In this document: positions 53,115-64,000 of the stretch, in pieces
Layout: every line of letters begins with the position of its first letter
Position numbering within the stretch: position 1 is the stretch's first letter
DNA from: Nageia nagi
Lineage: Eukaryota; Plantae; Pinophyta
Assembly (NCBI GenBank): GCA_050084985.1
Contig: JBITNC010000001.1
Span: forward strand, 136,772,001 to 136,836,000
Length of the DNA: 64,000 nucleotides
Direction: 5' to 3'
Notes under the pieces: model-generated
What the model was told of the DNA's origin: nothing
Database searches by the model: none
The model's input: the letters and a program-made list of their open reading frames with translations, nothing else
Made by a program: the position numbers and the translations under genes

Positions 53115-54304
53115 GAATTTTGTTGGTAAGTAACACAAATTGTATATTTTATATTGCACACATTTTCTTACTTCTATAACAATACTGATATTCTAATTAA
53201 TATGTTTATATTTTATGACCCAGGTAAGAAGATTGAAGGAGAAGTTTTTACCTTGTAGTTATTCCAATACTTATAGTGTTGCTATACTTGAAGACAAATA
53301 CTAGGTATTCTTATATTGATAATTTTGTTATACTTATTTATATGTTAAACATATTAAATATTTTCTTTTACATTATAGGTCTAATTATTTATCTATCAAA
53401 CATTTTAATAAGTCTGAAATCATTGTATATAATCTATTATTTTGAGTGTTTTGATTTAAAATTAATATCCTCTAACTACCTTTTCTTATCAATGTAGGGG
53501 ATGCAATTTTAAGCTACAGAACTGGATGTCCTTCCAATTAATGGCTTGCATACACTTGTTATGCTAGTACTTCTATTTTTTTGAGACATGATTTATCATT
53601 TAATTTGATACTATATTTAGATATTGCTATGACATTTTTTTAGTATTGAAAGTAAAACTGATTACATGGATGGTAAAAAAAAATGATTTGTAAGGTGTGT
53701 GTAATGAAATGCATTCATATTACCGTTGAGATATTTCAGTTGTGAGTTGAATTCAAAGCATAACTAATTTTCAAATTATTTCCAAATTTTCTTATACTAC
53801 TATTGATTTTCTATTAAAAAGTTATATGAAAATAGCCATAATTGTTTGACTAATATTATTAGAGATTTTCAGTTAAAAAAATTTATATAATCTTATGAAG
53901 AGTAATGTTTTACAAATACTTCAAATAAATGCCATCATACTTTTTAAACCTTCATTATAGAAGTGCACGATAAAAATTGATCCTTAAAAAAAAAAGAGGA
54001 GGAACCCTTCAAATTTGATCCCTGACCCCTCCCACCATGGTGACTCCTGCCGACTCAGGCTAGTGGATGACGTTGGGCAGTCTGTCAGGCGGTGTAGCAT
54101 AGGCGGTTGGTGGTAAACCTATCCCTCACCGACCTCCACATCGGTTCTCCCCGAAGGATCCACCTCCACATTGGATTCTCACTTTCCCAGACAGCATCAA
54201 CTTCACATCGATCCCCCTTCACTCGCTATTCCCTGACGAACTCTTCCACGCTGACAACTCCAAAACACTTCAACAAATCAAAGGTCCATGAATTACACAT
54301 CTTC

Positions 54305-54680
54305 CACGTTGCAGCTCACGAAACTGCATTTGCATTATACAAGCCTACTATATATTCTTAAACTTAATATACATGTCTATCAGGGCACTGCAACCATAAC
54401 ATTCGATGCAAACCATTTTCAGCTACTCATTGATGGATGTCAATGCCCACTTCTTGAGCTCCTTGAAGGTGCATGCTTTTGAATGGTAGCAAGGTTGCAG
54501 AGTGCGGCTTTACTCCTGATGACTGCATCTACTTAATATTCATACAAGCCTTTTCAGAAAAACTATTCTGTGCATATCCTGAGATTAATGCCATCCATGA
54601 AACTGTATTTGCATTTGCATCTATAAAACCATCCCCCCACCTTCTCTGTGCTTCCACGTTTTGCATACAATCTATCATGA
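54305..54680 (-). pseudogene. Captured PLS-class PPR gene fragment in the 5' LTR of D (copy of 44305-44700)
   Basis: YAKRGSTEK...NANTVSWMALISGYAQNSFSEKA...MQSSGVKPHSAT...GAQEVGIDIHQ*VAENG...SNVMVA...ALIDMYIK. Confidence 0.9.
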
Positions 54681-55672
54681 TACACACAACCATAGCATTC
54701 AATAAAAGACCATTAAATTACTAATTGATGGGAATCCATACCTTCGCGTAGAGCTCTCATGGCTGCTAAACATAATTTTAATATTCAAACTTATTATTTT
54801 TAGCCTTTTCAAATATTTGAAAATACTAATAATACTTCAAACTTGCAAATGTAATATCAAACACATATGGAGTCAGATTTTTGATCCGGAAGAGGCGTCA
54901 GAAAGCTAAAGTTGAATCAAACACAACGATTATGATAAATATACCAGTTTTGGACACAAAATAGATCCAAATTTTGTATCATAAACCAATTTAATAACTA
55001 ATTTGTGTAACAACTAAGGGAAAGTGAAGCTAGAGTCAGTAAAGATGGTGACATACTGATGCTAGGAAGTAGAGGCATGAAATCCATCCCAATTCTAATT
55101 TCAAGGAATAGGATGATACATAATAGGATGATGTTTGAGGTAATCAAGAAGAATGGAGGCATGAGTCCATTGTTCAAAATGATTCCATGAGATGCTCCTT
55201 TGAAGATAAAGATACTAGGTAAGGAGTATGTTGAATTCTACAAACACAGGTTTAAGCATTTGGCTTTTTGATTCAAAGGGGAGGAAGACATGCTAATTCT
55301 ATGAGATCGATTCATTGTTATATAATCAAGTATCAAACTATTTGTACCAAGAGATTATTGGATTTTAGGAAGTACTTAGTTATTTTGAACTATATATTGC
55401 AGATAAATATAAGGTTAGTTTTCTTGGACCTCCTTGAAGAAGGGGTTTAGATACTGTGATGAGTTAGTTTGTATGGGATACTAGGGAATTTGACCCACTC
55501 ATGGCTTTATTTTTGGGATACTTCACTCTTATTATTTACACAATAAGTTTTGCAATACCTATAAGCATTAAGTATATTTTGCTGTTAATGTTCACTAAAA
55601 ATTTTGTAAAGGTTAGTGGGAGCCTTGAAAACCCACACTTTTTTTTATTAATATAATTTACCATTAATAAAA

Positions 55673-58600
55673 AAAATCCATTACTCTCTTAAAAGTAGCC
55701 CTAGCATTTAATAGTCAAAATAGTATTCTCAAATATTCATAAGTTTCTCAAGGGGTAGTAAATGTTATTTTGAATCTATTAGTATAATCTATAGTAATTT
55801 TATTAAATCCTAAGAATTCATCTAACAAGGACATCCTTGAAGAAACAATAATAGCTTGTAGCAATTAATCCATGTTTGAAAATGGATAATTATCTTTTAA
55901 ACATATCTTATTCAAATTTATGAAATCTACACATAACCTTATTTCCTTAGGCTTTTTTTTTTAACATGCACTAAATTTGAAATCTAGTATGGATATTTGA
56001 TCTATCTAATAATTTTTTCATCTTCCAGTTTCTCGATTTCCTTTTACATAATAGGAAATAGGGTAGGTTTAAATTTCCTCTATTTTTACCTAAATGGGGA
56101 AACCTCTTCTTTTAATGGGATAATATGAGTAAGAACAAAAGTTGTAAAGGTTTTTAGTTCATAATATCCCCATGCAAAAATAGTTGGGATACATACCTTG
56201 TATTTTTCTAGTGCCTAAATTGATATCATTATATTCCAACATTTTTTTAGGTAGAGTAACAAAATAAACATACACTCTTTCAACTTCATCATAGCATAAA
56301 TCTAAAGCTATTAATGCTCTAGTAAAATTTTGTATCTTTAATTAGATGACTTTAGAAGGAACACTAATCTCTTCTCTAGTTTTATTTTCATCTTCTTCAT
56401 TATAAATGTGATTGGAATATTCCTTTTTCATTTAATGAAATCTCTAATTTGAATTACATCTTCAAACACTTGCATGTGAAAAATATTGTCAATAACTAAG
56501 TGCTTCTAGACTAAGATAGTGGGATGGTTATGAATATATTATTCATCTATTTCTAGACTATCCTCCTCCAACTATATTTACTACCAATAGATCCATCATT
56601 TTGTTCATTTATATCTCATCTAACACAACATTTCTATATGTTTTCAATCTTGGGTATTCTATTTTGTAGATTTCCTTAATTTGTTTGATTATTAACTCTA
56701 CATCTCCAAATACTTGAATTTTGTTAACCTTTAATTCCGTTTCTTTTCTTAACCCTAGTAGCTGGTCCTCATATTCAACTTCATTTTTTGTGCAAGGAAA
56801 TTTCAATCTATATAGGATTCTTAAATAAGTACCTTTACTATCCTCCATCACTCTTACTCCTTTTCCCATTTGAGAGTTTACTCCATCAAAGTGCATTATC
56901 CATATGGTATCCTTGAGGAACTTTGTTTTTCCATGAACCTCTTTTATAAGATCAAGATTCATTATATATTCCTTCATCCATTTATTTGGTAAGGATATTA
57001 GTGTATGCCATATTTAATAGAACCCATCACCATGACCTTTTATATCTTCAATTTATTTAGTTATGTTGATAACATCATCCTGAGATATGACTTCAATTGT
57101 CAATCTATTATAAGGTTTCCTTCTCAATATGGTTATTGAGTTATCATACATGGGGATAGTAGCATATGAAAAATCATGTGAATAGAATCTCTAATTAATA
57201 TGACTCAATGCCTAGATAATAGCAAGGAGAAATAAATTTCAACATCTACTATGACCACATCTGTCAACAACCTATTTTTGGTATGTTGATCCAAATAGAA
57301 TGAAATATATTTTACTATGCCAACATAATTTACCCTTGTATTATCCATTACTGAAATAAGTGGATGATCATTGGTGCATATAATCCCTAAAGCATCTATA
57401 ATTTTCTTTGGCATGACATTTAATGCAACTTCACTATATAGCATGCAATTATGTACCATGTAATAATTATCAAAATAATCATACCTCAAATTAATGTAGA
57501 ATGATTTACCATATACATTATGATTTGATTTTATATTATCAAGTTTATGAAATGCTTTCATTGCTTTTTATTCAAAGAACTTGAAGGTTTTACAAACCTT
57601 TTCTCTATATTTGGGGACTATCATCAATTATTCAAGAGTTACCATCACTTTGAGTTTAGTAAATTTGGGTTCCACATCAAATATTGGTTTCTTAAGATCA
57701 ATTAGCTTTTTCTTTTTTACTATTTATTCTTGAGAGGTTGGTTATTATTGATGAATTATCTCTTTTTCTATTTCAACTAAGTTTTTTGATAGGTTGATTC
57801 CTTTTGAGCTTCAACTAGTACTTCTTGAGGAGTTGGTTTCTTTTGAGTTTTATTTTATTTTTGTTCTTCATATTGAACCTTAGAAATATTTTCTTGGTTG
57901 CTTCATATTGGACCTTAGCAATGTTTTCTTGGTTGATTGGTTGTTTAACTATATTAGGGATGATCCTATTTCTCAGTTTAATACATTGATTTTATTTTGG
58001 CTTTAGATAAAATTGCAAGCATATTTCTCTTCTAAGACTTTGAAGCATAGTCTATTGAAACACCACACCTTTGGTTAGATATTCGATATGTGTTTCAATT
58101 ACCATCATATTATGCTATAATTCTTATTCCGTTTATTCATATTCAAGTCCCCATAATATATTGACTTTTGAGATTTCCTATTTTCCTTTCCTTTCTCTTT
58201 GATCTTCAAGGAATATTGCCCAATCTTGTGGATTATCTAGTAAGTCATAGGATGAGCAATAAAAAGATATACTTTCATAATGTTAGTTGCAAGAAGAGTA
58301 TTGGGGATTGAGTTTATATCCTTTTTATTTTTTCTAGGATTCCATTTATTATTCCATGGTTTATTAGTAAACTTCTTAAAAGGAAACCTAGGATTAGGAT
58401 TACTAGAAGATGCTATGCTTATATTGTATTGTGGGTGATTACCTCTTTCCATTCTTGATAGATGATTATTGAAATTTGAGAGCATATTAGATATTTACTT
58501 GGATAGCTTGTTTATGGGATCTTCTTCATTATAAATAGAGAACTTAACTTTTTATAGCTTTCTTTCTACTACAAGTTCAAGAGAAAATATCTTAATTTTA

Positions 58601-59250
58601 CCTACATAGATTATTTATTCTTAATTTCTTGGATAGCATCCATACATTCCTTTAGGTTTTGAGTTATAAAATCTCTTAATTCATATCCCATTTATCTTGT
58701 AAGGGATTTTTTGTAATGGATGATAGACTATGCACTATTGGGTTTGGAACTAGTGATCAGTTTCTTTCTTAATTTGATGAATCGAATATTAAATTGATCT
58801 ATTATTTCATTCTCTTTCTTATTTACAATTTCCAACTTAGTGAAAATAATTTATTCATACTTCTTTTTTACCATACATTTTCAAGACAATATCCTTAATT
58901 TGATCATGTGTTGTTATTGATGTAGTAGGAAATGAATTAAACTATGTCCTAACATCCTTGTTTAAGCTTTGATAAAATAATATTAGCATACTATCTTTAT
59001 GATCTACCTTTAGAGTATCTAAAGCATGCAAAAATCTTTAATAATTAATTCTCTAGTAATAATTTTTTTCTTGGAATATGAGAAAATATTTGGAGTCTTT
59101 CTCAAGAAGATCATGTACTTGGGGCTAGACAATAAGATTAAAGGCCCAATACCTATTTTTTCTCCACCCATTTGTAGCAGAGGCATTTACAAGGTTTTTT
59201 ATTATACTATTCATTAGCAGAGTATTTCTTATTGAGCTTGGTATTATGTA
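55673..59250 (-). pseudogene. gag, protease, aRH and RT N-terminal half of element A
   Basis: ORFs 58237-58485 (gag); 57205-57561 (protease, HNCML...NVMPK); 56609-56977 (aRH, WIMHFDG...NEVEYE...VFGDVELII); RT KITFTTP. Confidence 0.88.
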
Positions 59251-59568
59251 GGACTTGATGGAGATGGAATGGAAGGGGTATTTGGAATATATTGACTAGC
59301 TTTTTTATTTTCTTTATCAACAAGAACTTCTTTTTAGCAATTTTGAAAAGTACTTATGGATCTTTAAGATTTTGATAGAGGGATTTGCCTCTTATCATTG
59401 TATTGTCTAATTTATAGGTTTATCTCTTCTTTTCTTTGGTTTTATAGAGTCACCAACATCTTAATAGTGTAAATTTTTCAAGATTTAGGTTCTTCTAAAT
59501 ATAACTCACCAAAAGTATATTATTTAATCATAAGGGAACTATCATTTTATGAAATAAAAATTACTCTT

Positions 59569-59585
59569 CCCTAGAAATGGCACCA
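59569..59585 (-). promoter_or_regulatory. PBS of element A, decayed tRNA-Asp-like
   Basis: Minus strand TGGTGCCATTTCTAGGG versus recalled TGGCGCCGTTGCCGGGG (12/17); 5 nt from the LTR edge at 59591. Confidence 0.6.
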
Positions 59586-59590
59586 AAAAT

Positions 59591-60110
59591 TGTTGTGACA
59601 AGAGTTAACATCCCTCTATTTTATGGCTAAATCTTGTGTCATAAATTGCTAACTCTTCCTGATATCAACATATATGTGGGATTATCTAGTTATAAACCCC
59701 TTTTTAGGATTATCATAGATTTCCTAATGATAAGTATAGATATTATATTCTAAATGCTTGGGAATGTAACCCAAAATTAGTCCTCTATTGAGATTTACAT
59801 TTTAGCTAAAGATTAATTAATAAAATAAGAAAAATAAAATTGTTTGAAGTTTAAATTTATATAAATAATAAACATCAACTATTTAGCTATGCATAAGACT
59901 AGTTCCTACTATCCATTAGGCATATAAAGTTATGGTTAGAAATAGAAACAAATATTTACAATATCCCAACATCATTCATTCAAATAATGTAATGAAAGCA
60001 TGAAATCATTATAGAATATGATTATTATACAATATTCAAATAATGTAGTATTGTAGAATGCATAACCATTCACTTTAGAGATACAAAAATACAATAACCA
60101 AATGGAATAT
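59591..60110 (-). repeat. Part of the 5' LTR of element A, interrupted by element F
   Basis: TGTTG terminus next to the PBS; the right boundary is inferred. Confidence 0.55.
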
Positions 60111-63100
60111 TGTAGATGCTTAAAAATGATTTATTATTTATTTAATAAATCATATTTAGACTTCCTAAATGACTTAATACAATATTAAATATTTCAAGAT
60201 AAAGTTGATATTATAATGCAATGCCATGTGTTATATTAAATGTTATATCGTTTATCATGGTTCATATTTTAAAGTATCTTGAATATAACAAGGATTATAT
60301 TTTTATAAGAGGTTAGCCTTCACTCCTTTCTATGTATTTGTAGGCAATATAAATGGGAGGAATAGGTTGATCTCCATAGATTATAACTCTTTAATATGAC
60401 AATAAATTTGATAGGTGGTTGTCAACTATAATGGTATCTTTGGATGCCACCTATCATGAAAATTTGTTATACTCTAAGCTTTGGAATTTCTATCTTTGGC
60501 ATGCATCATAATTTGACATATTCCATGTAGTTAGTGGCATGCTTCTCCTACATTGGTAGCAAAATGCATATTCTAGATAAAAGGCTTTGGATTTTGATGG
60601 TCAAGTAGTCGATTCATGCACAAAAAGATCCACCATGAACTCACCATGAATTTGATCACAATCATCTAGAGTTACATAGCTTTTGATTATTGAGGATTGC
60701 ACATGCACTTCATATCAAGTCCAATCATTTCATGTATATTTGTTATATCTAATATAGTGTACATTTCCATCTCTTGTTATATTGTATATCAATTTATTTA
60801 TTGTGTACATTCATATGTTGCACAAATTGAGGTTTACATTTTGGTGAACTCGATATTCTTACACACCTAGATCCCAATCTAGGACATTCCTTCTATAAAA
60901 TCATGAATCTATTTTCATTATTATCTCTTCCCTTACCTAAGGTTCTTAGAGTAATAGCTAGAGAAAATGATAAGACTAGGGTTTTTTCTACCTATGTCTC
61001 AAAGATGGATATAAATGAAGAGAAACTTAGGGTTTTTAAGAGTAAGATTAATTTTAATGATATTAGGATAAGTGTTAGGGTTAATATTGACTTACCTCTA
61101 CAAGAGCCTGATCCCAATGATCGAATGAATACTAATTAAGATAATGATGTTGAGTCTACAAGTTCTAGCAAGAAGATGGACATTATTGGATAAAATCCTA
61201 ATAAGCTTAATGTGTCTATAGATGCTTATGATTTTGAAAATATAAGTTTGGTAAGCCATGGAGATTCTTTTGACTGTGATGTTGAAATTAAAGAATTAGC
61301 TAGAATTCCTAGCCATGTTAGATCAATAAAGGAATTTCTATCTAATAAAGAAAATTTGAAATATTATCTTACTAATAATGCTAAAAATGTTATTGATATT
61401 CTAACCAATTATGAATTATTAGAATCAAATATTGAAGATTCATAATCCTTGGATAGTTTGTTCTCTTATGAAAATGCAGGTTCTTTAAAATAGAGGGTCT
61501 CTACTATTAATTAGGATGCCACAATGGCGTACAAGCTCGTACATACATTTCTAGCAACATAGAAATAGATGCGAAAAAGCCCTTGAATGTAGTGACCATC
61601 AAGGATGATGATAAGGAAATCAATGATGATTTCAAACACCTGATTCTTAATCTTGCATATTATAATACATGTATGCTTCATGATAAATATAAGGGTATTT
61701 TGATTAATAAAGAAAGTGTAGTAGATGTTAAAAATAAAATTACTAATTGGTCAAAAGAAGAATACAATATCAAGCTTGATGCTCAAGAAATTGAGTTCTT
61801 TGAACAATCTAATGAAGAACAATAATTAGAGTTTATATTAGAATTGGTTGATAGGCTTGAACATGAAAAAACAAATAGAATAGGACCATTTGTGCCACTT
61901 AAGAAAAAAGAACTTAGATATGCAAACAAATATTCCTTCAAAATTATCATTGTACCACCATAAACCCCTCCACCATCCTTGAAGGATAACATACCTATAG
62001 TTCAAACTTAGCAGCCAAAACAAACTCTTATAGTATCAACCAATGAAAAAATAATAGATGAAAGAATTGAAAATTTAGAAAGAGAGTTGTTTGATGATGA
62101 TGAAGATGATTTCTTATTTTGTTTAAAACCTTTGTTGAATAATAAAATTATTTCTAAAGTGCTTGTTGGTAAAAAGAGTGTGAAATTTTTAAACTTTGAT
62201 GGTTTGCAAGACTCAATAATGCATGCTATATGATTTCAAGAGGAAGCTATGGGATATATTCAGGATAGAGATATGCTGGCAAAATTATTTTCAAGTAGTT
62301 TAAATGATGATGCATTGAAATGGTATTTTAGTCTTCCTAAAAAGAGCATTCATAAATATGAAAATTTGATATATCAATTTTTTAGACACTTTAGATATAA
62401 TATTACAAAAAAAGTTTGATTTAAAGATTTATGCAAAACTAAGCAATTACCTAAGCAATATTGATCTAATTTTATGAAAATATGGAAACAAAATGTAAAT
62501 AAGATTACTATGTTTGAGCAAAATTTAAAGGAAACTTCAGTAAATGCTTTATTACCTATGTATAAATTATTGGATATCTCTAACTGTGATTTGACATTAG
62601 CTAAAATGATAGATATTTTATTTAAAAAGGAAGGTTGCATAAAGAAACTTTATAACACATGTTCTAAAAAATCTCAAGTGTATGAAAAGAAAGATAAATC
62701 TCAAATGTATGAGAAGAAAGCTAAACCTCAGGTATATGAAAAGAAACCAAAAGTTGATACAACTAATGTTGATAAGAGAAACAATAAACTACAAAGGAAG
62801 TTTACAAGGCTAACTGATACTCTTGATAATATTCTCAATGTGTTACTAAGAGAGAAACTTATTAAGCTTCCACTAGTGATTCAACATCACTTTCCTAATG
62901 GTGTTCCTAAAAATTATAGGTATGAAGAATTTTTTAATTACCATAAGACACTAGGGCATTTAACAAGAAATTGTAGGATCTTAATAAACATCATTTAAGA
63001 CTTCATTGATAAGAAAGCAATTTAGATGGATGATCATGCTGAAGAAACCTATGGGCCTATACACCCTGATAAGGAATAATTAGAGATATTTACGAATCAA

Positions 63101-63440
63101 TTACCCAATGTAACTCAACAACCAAGAGGATTTATATTTTTAGTAAGTACTTCAATTTGCATGAATTATTATTTTTCTAACAAGGATGGATGCAGGAAAT
63201 AGTGGCAACAAGTGACACAAATCTAGGATAAAGCATGAAATCAAAAAGACTATGAAATAAATGTCTCTAATAGTATCCAAACTTGCTTTCACATTGCTAA
63301 CAACATGAAATATACTACTAATAAGTCACCTATTTTTGCACATGCCTCCACAAAATGCATATGGGTTGCTAAATCATCCCAAGTATGCAAAGTTATTGCC
63401 TAAAATTAAAAACTTTTCAATTTATAATGTATGATAGATA
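60111..63440 (+). mobile_element. Element F: 5' portion of a Tat-like Gypsy (LTR 60111-60838, tRNA-Trp-like PBS, decayed gag)
   Basis: TGTAGATG...GGTTTACA termini; PBS TGGTGAACTCGAT (60842-); gag LAKLFSSSLNDDALKWYFSLP; knuckle NYHKTLGHLTRNC; 27 bp x3 repeat KSQVYEKK (~62669-62750). The extent beyond ~63440 is unresolved. Confidence 0.78.
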
Positions 63441-64000
63441 GGTTATTGTAATGGGGGGGAATACGTATATTTCATGATCATAAGGGATAATTTACTATTT
63501 TATTGGTATTTTAGGCATTTTTTGGACAAGCCCCTCATATATTTCTCCTTCTAAATTATTAAAACTCACACTACTAGTGGCATTCACCATATTTATATGT
63601 TGCTAACAGTGTGCATTTCGCCAACTAGAATGCAAACAAATAGTATATCCTCTTTACACATAATTTATTAAATTATTTTAAGAGATTTGTATTAACTTAT
63701 AGGTTGGTTAAAACAAAAAAAAAAAGATCTTGTGTTCATTGCTACAAAAGTTATCAATTTGAAATTTAAAAAGTTATCTCTTTCTTTGAAGCCTTGTTTG
63801 TTCATTATGGTAAAATCATATCATTGTCCTTCTTCTCTAATCTATCCATCAAACTCTAAATAAAATCCCATTGCTTATTTGGTGGAGGCATATCCACCCT
63901 CTCTTGTACCCTCTTCATGTATTACTCCATGGAGGTTATTTGGGCATCTCTCATGGAAAGTATGGAATGTATGGTGGCAAGTTGTGCTTGCAACCCCAAA

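Larger units (their letters stand above)
47048..54024 (+). mobile_element. hAT DNA transposon (6977 bp) carrying captured host fragments
   Basis: Perfect 18 bp TIRs CAGGGATCAAATTTGAAG (47048-47065) / CTTCAAATTTGATCCCTG (54007-54024); 8 bp TSD AACCCTCC/ACCCCTCC (7/8); subterminal CCCTTCAA motifs; hAT transposase. Confidence 0.96.
43185..54981 (-). mobile_element. Element D: non-autonomous LTR retrotransposon (gag/protease remnant only) with PPR-containing LTRs
   Basis: Perfect TSD TAAAC (43180-43184, 54982-54986); LTRs 43185-44977 and 46637-54981 (the latter split by the hAT); PBS GCTCTAATACCA (46623-46634, iMet); internal region 1659 bp. Confidence 0.94.
42791..55078. other. ~490 bp unclassified insert (42791-43184 plus 54987-55078) bounded by a 13 bp direct repeat
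   Basis: GAAATCCATCCCA at 42778-42790 and 55079-55091. Confidence 0.6.
21968..55672 (+). mobile_element. 5'-truncated L1-clade LINE in pieces 21968-22647, 40386-42790 and 55092-55672
   Basis: PFKFEYMWL; WNNTFLALIPK; IRQGDS; LPTTYLGIPL; zf-RVT CPLCKSHEETSVHLFIHC; AATAAA plus A-tail at 55666-55676; 14 bp TSD AAAATCTATTGCTC (21954-21967) / AAAATCCATTACTC (55673-55686). Confidence 0.88.
17605..60110 (-). mobile_element. Element A: old host Tat-clade Gypsy (GAG-PROT-aRH-RT-RH), split into 55673-60110, 21560-21967 and 17605-18152
   Basis: RT reads across the gaps: KITFTTP*ETYEYLRILF*LLNARATFKRVM (55.7 kb) | AIDFAFNNLMFKIIVVYLDD (21.9 kb)...WNKENLKGF | KEIK*EIIYAHALVSCDHSKPF (18.1 kb). aRH at 56609-56977 lies between protease (57.2-57.5 kb) and RT. 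Confidence 0.88.

Noticed and set aside
47985-54680. A real PPR gene with PLS and E+ exons spread over the minus strand
   Set aside because: The pieces belong to different TEs with defined termini and TSDs, and all have stops and frameshifts.
44489-54724. Plus-strand ORFs 44489-44710 and 54473-54724 as duplicated genes
   Set aside because: They are antisense shadows of the PPR fragment repeated in the two LTRs.
63447-64000. New LTR start near 63447 (TGTAATGGGG) or 63989 (TGCAACCCC)
   Set aside because: No partner LTR, PBS or TSD is visible within the window.

Overview
Plant nuclear intergenic DNA, most likely from a gymnosperm. It is AT-rich and strongly CpG/CHG-eroded. No intact host gene, rRNA/tRNA gene or CRISPR array is present. 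The window resolves into a stack of nested transposable elements. An old minus-strand Tat-type Gypsy (element A, ~17.6-60.1 kb) is the host. It was hit by: an Ogre/Retand-type Gypsy (E, <1-17604) whose 3' region has a hairpin tandem array and an antisense plant-mobile-domain remnant; a deleted Copia (18153-21559); another Gypsy (F, 60111 onward); and an L1 LINE (21968-55672) inserted in its RT. The LINE contains a non-autonomous Gypsy (B, 22648-40380), which contains a structurally complete Tat element (C, 25670-37929). The LINE also contains a ~490 bp insert, which holds a non-autonomous LTR element (D, 43185-54981), whose 5' LTR holds a 7 kb hAT transposon (47048-54024). Highlights: (1) both LTRs of D carry a captured PLS-PPR gene fragment; (2) the hAT carries two more condensed PPR fragments and an oligopeptide-transporter (OPT) fragment; (3) element C has two tandem tRNA-Arg-like primer-binding sites and an inverted copy of one where the polypurine tract should be. 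All translations and alignments were done by eye. tRNA and lineage assignments are from memory and need database confirmation.
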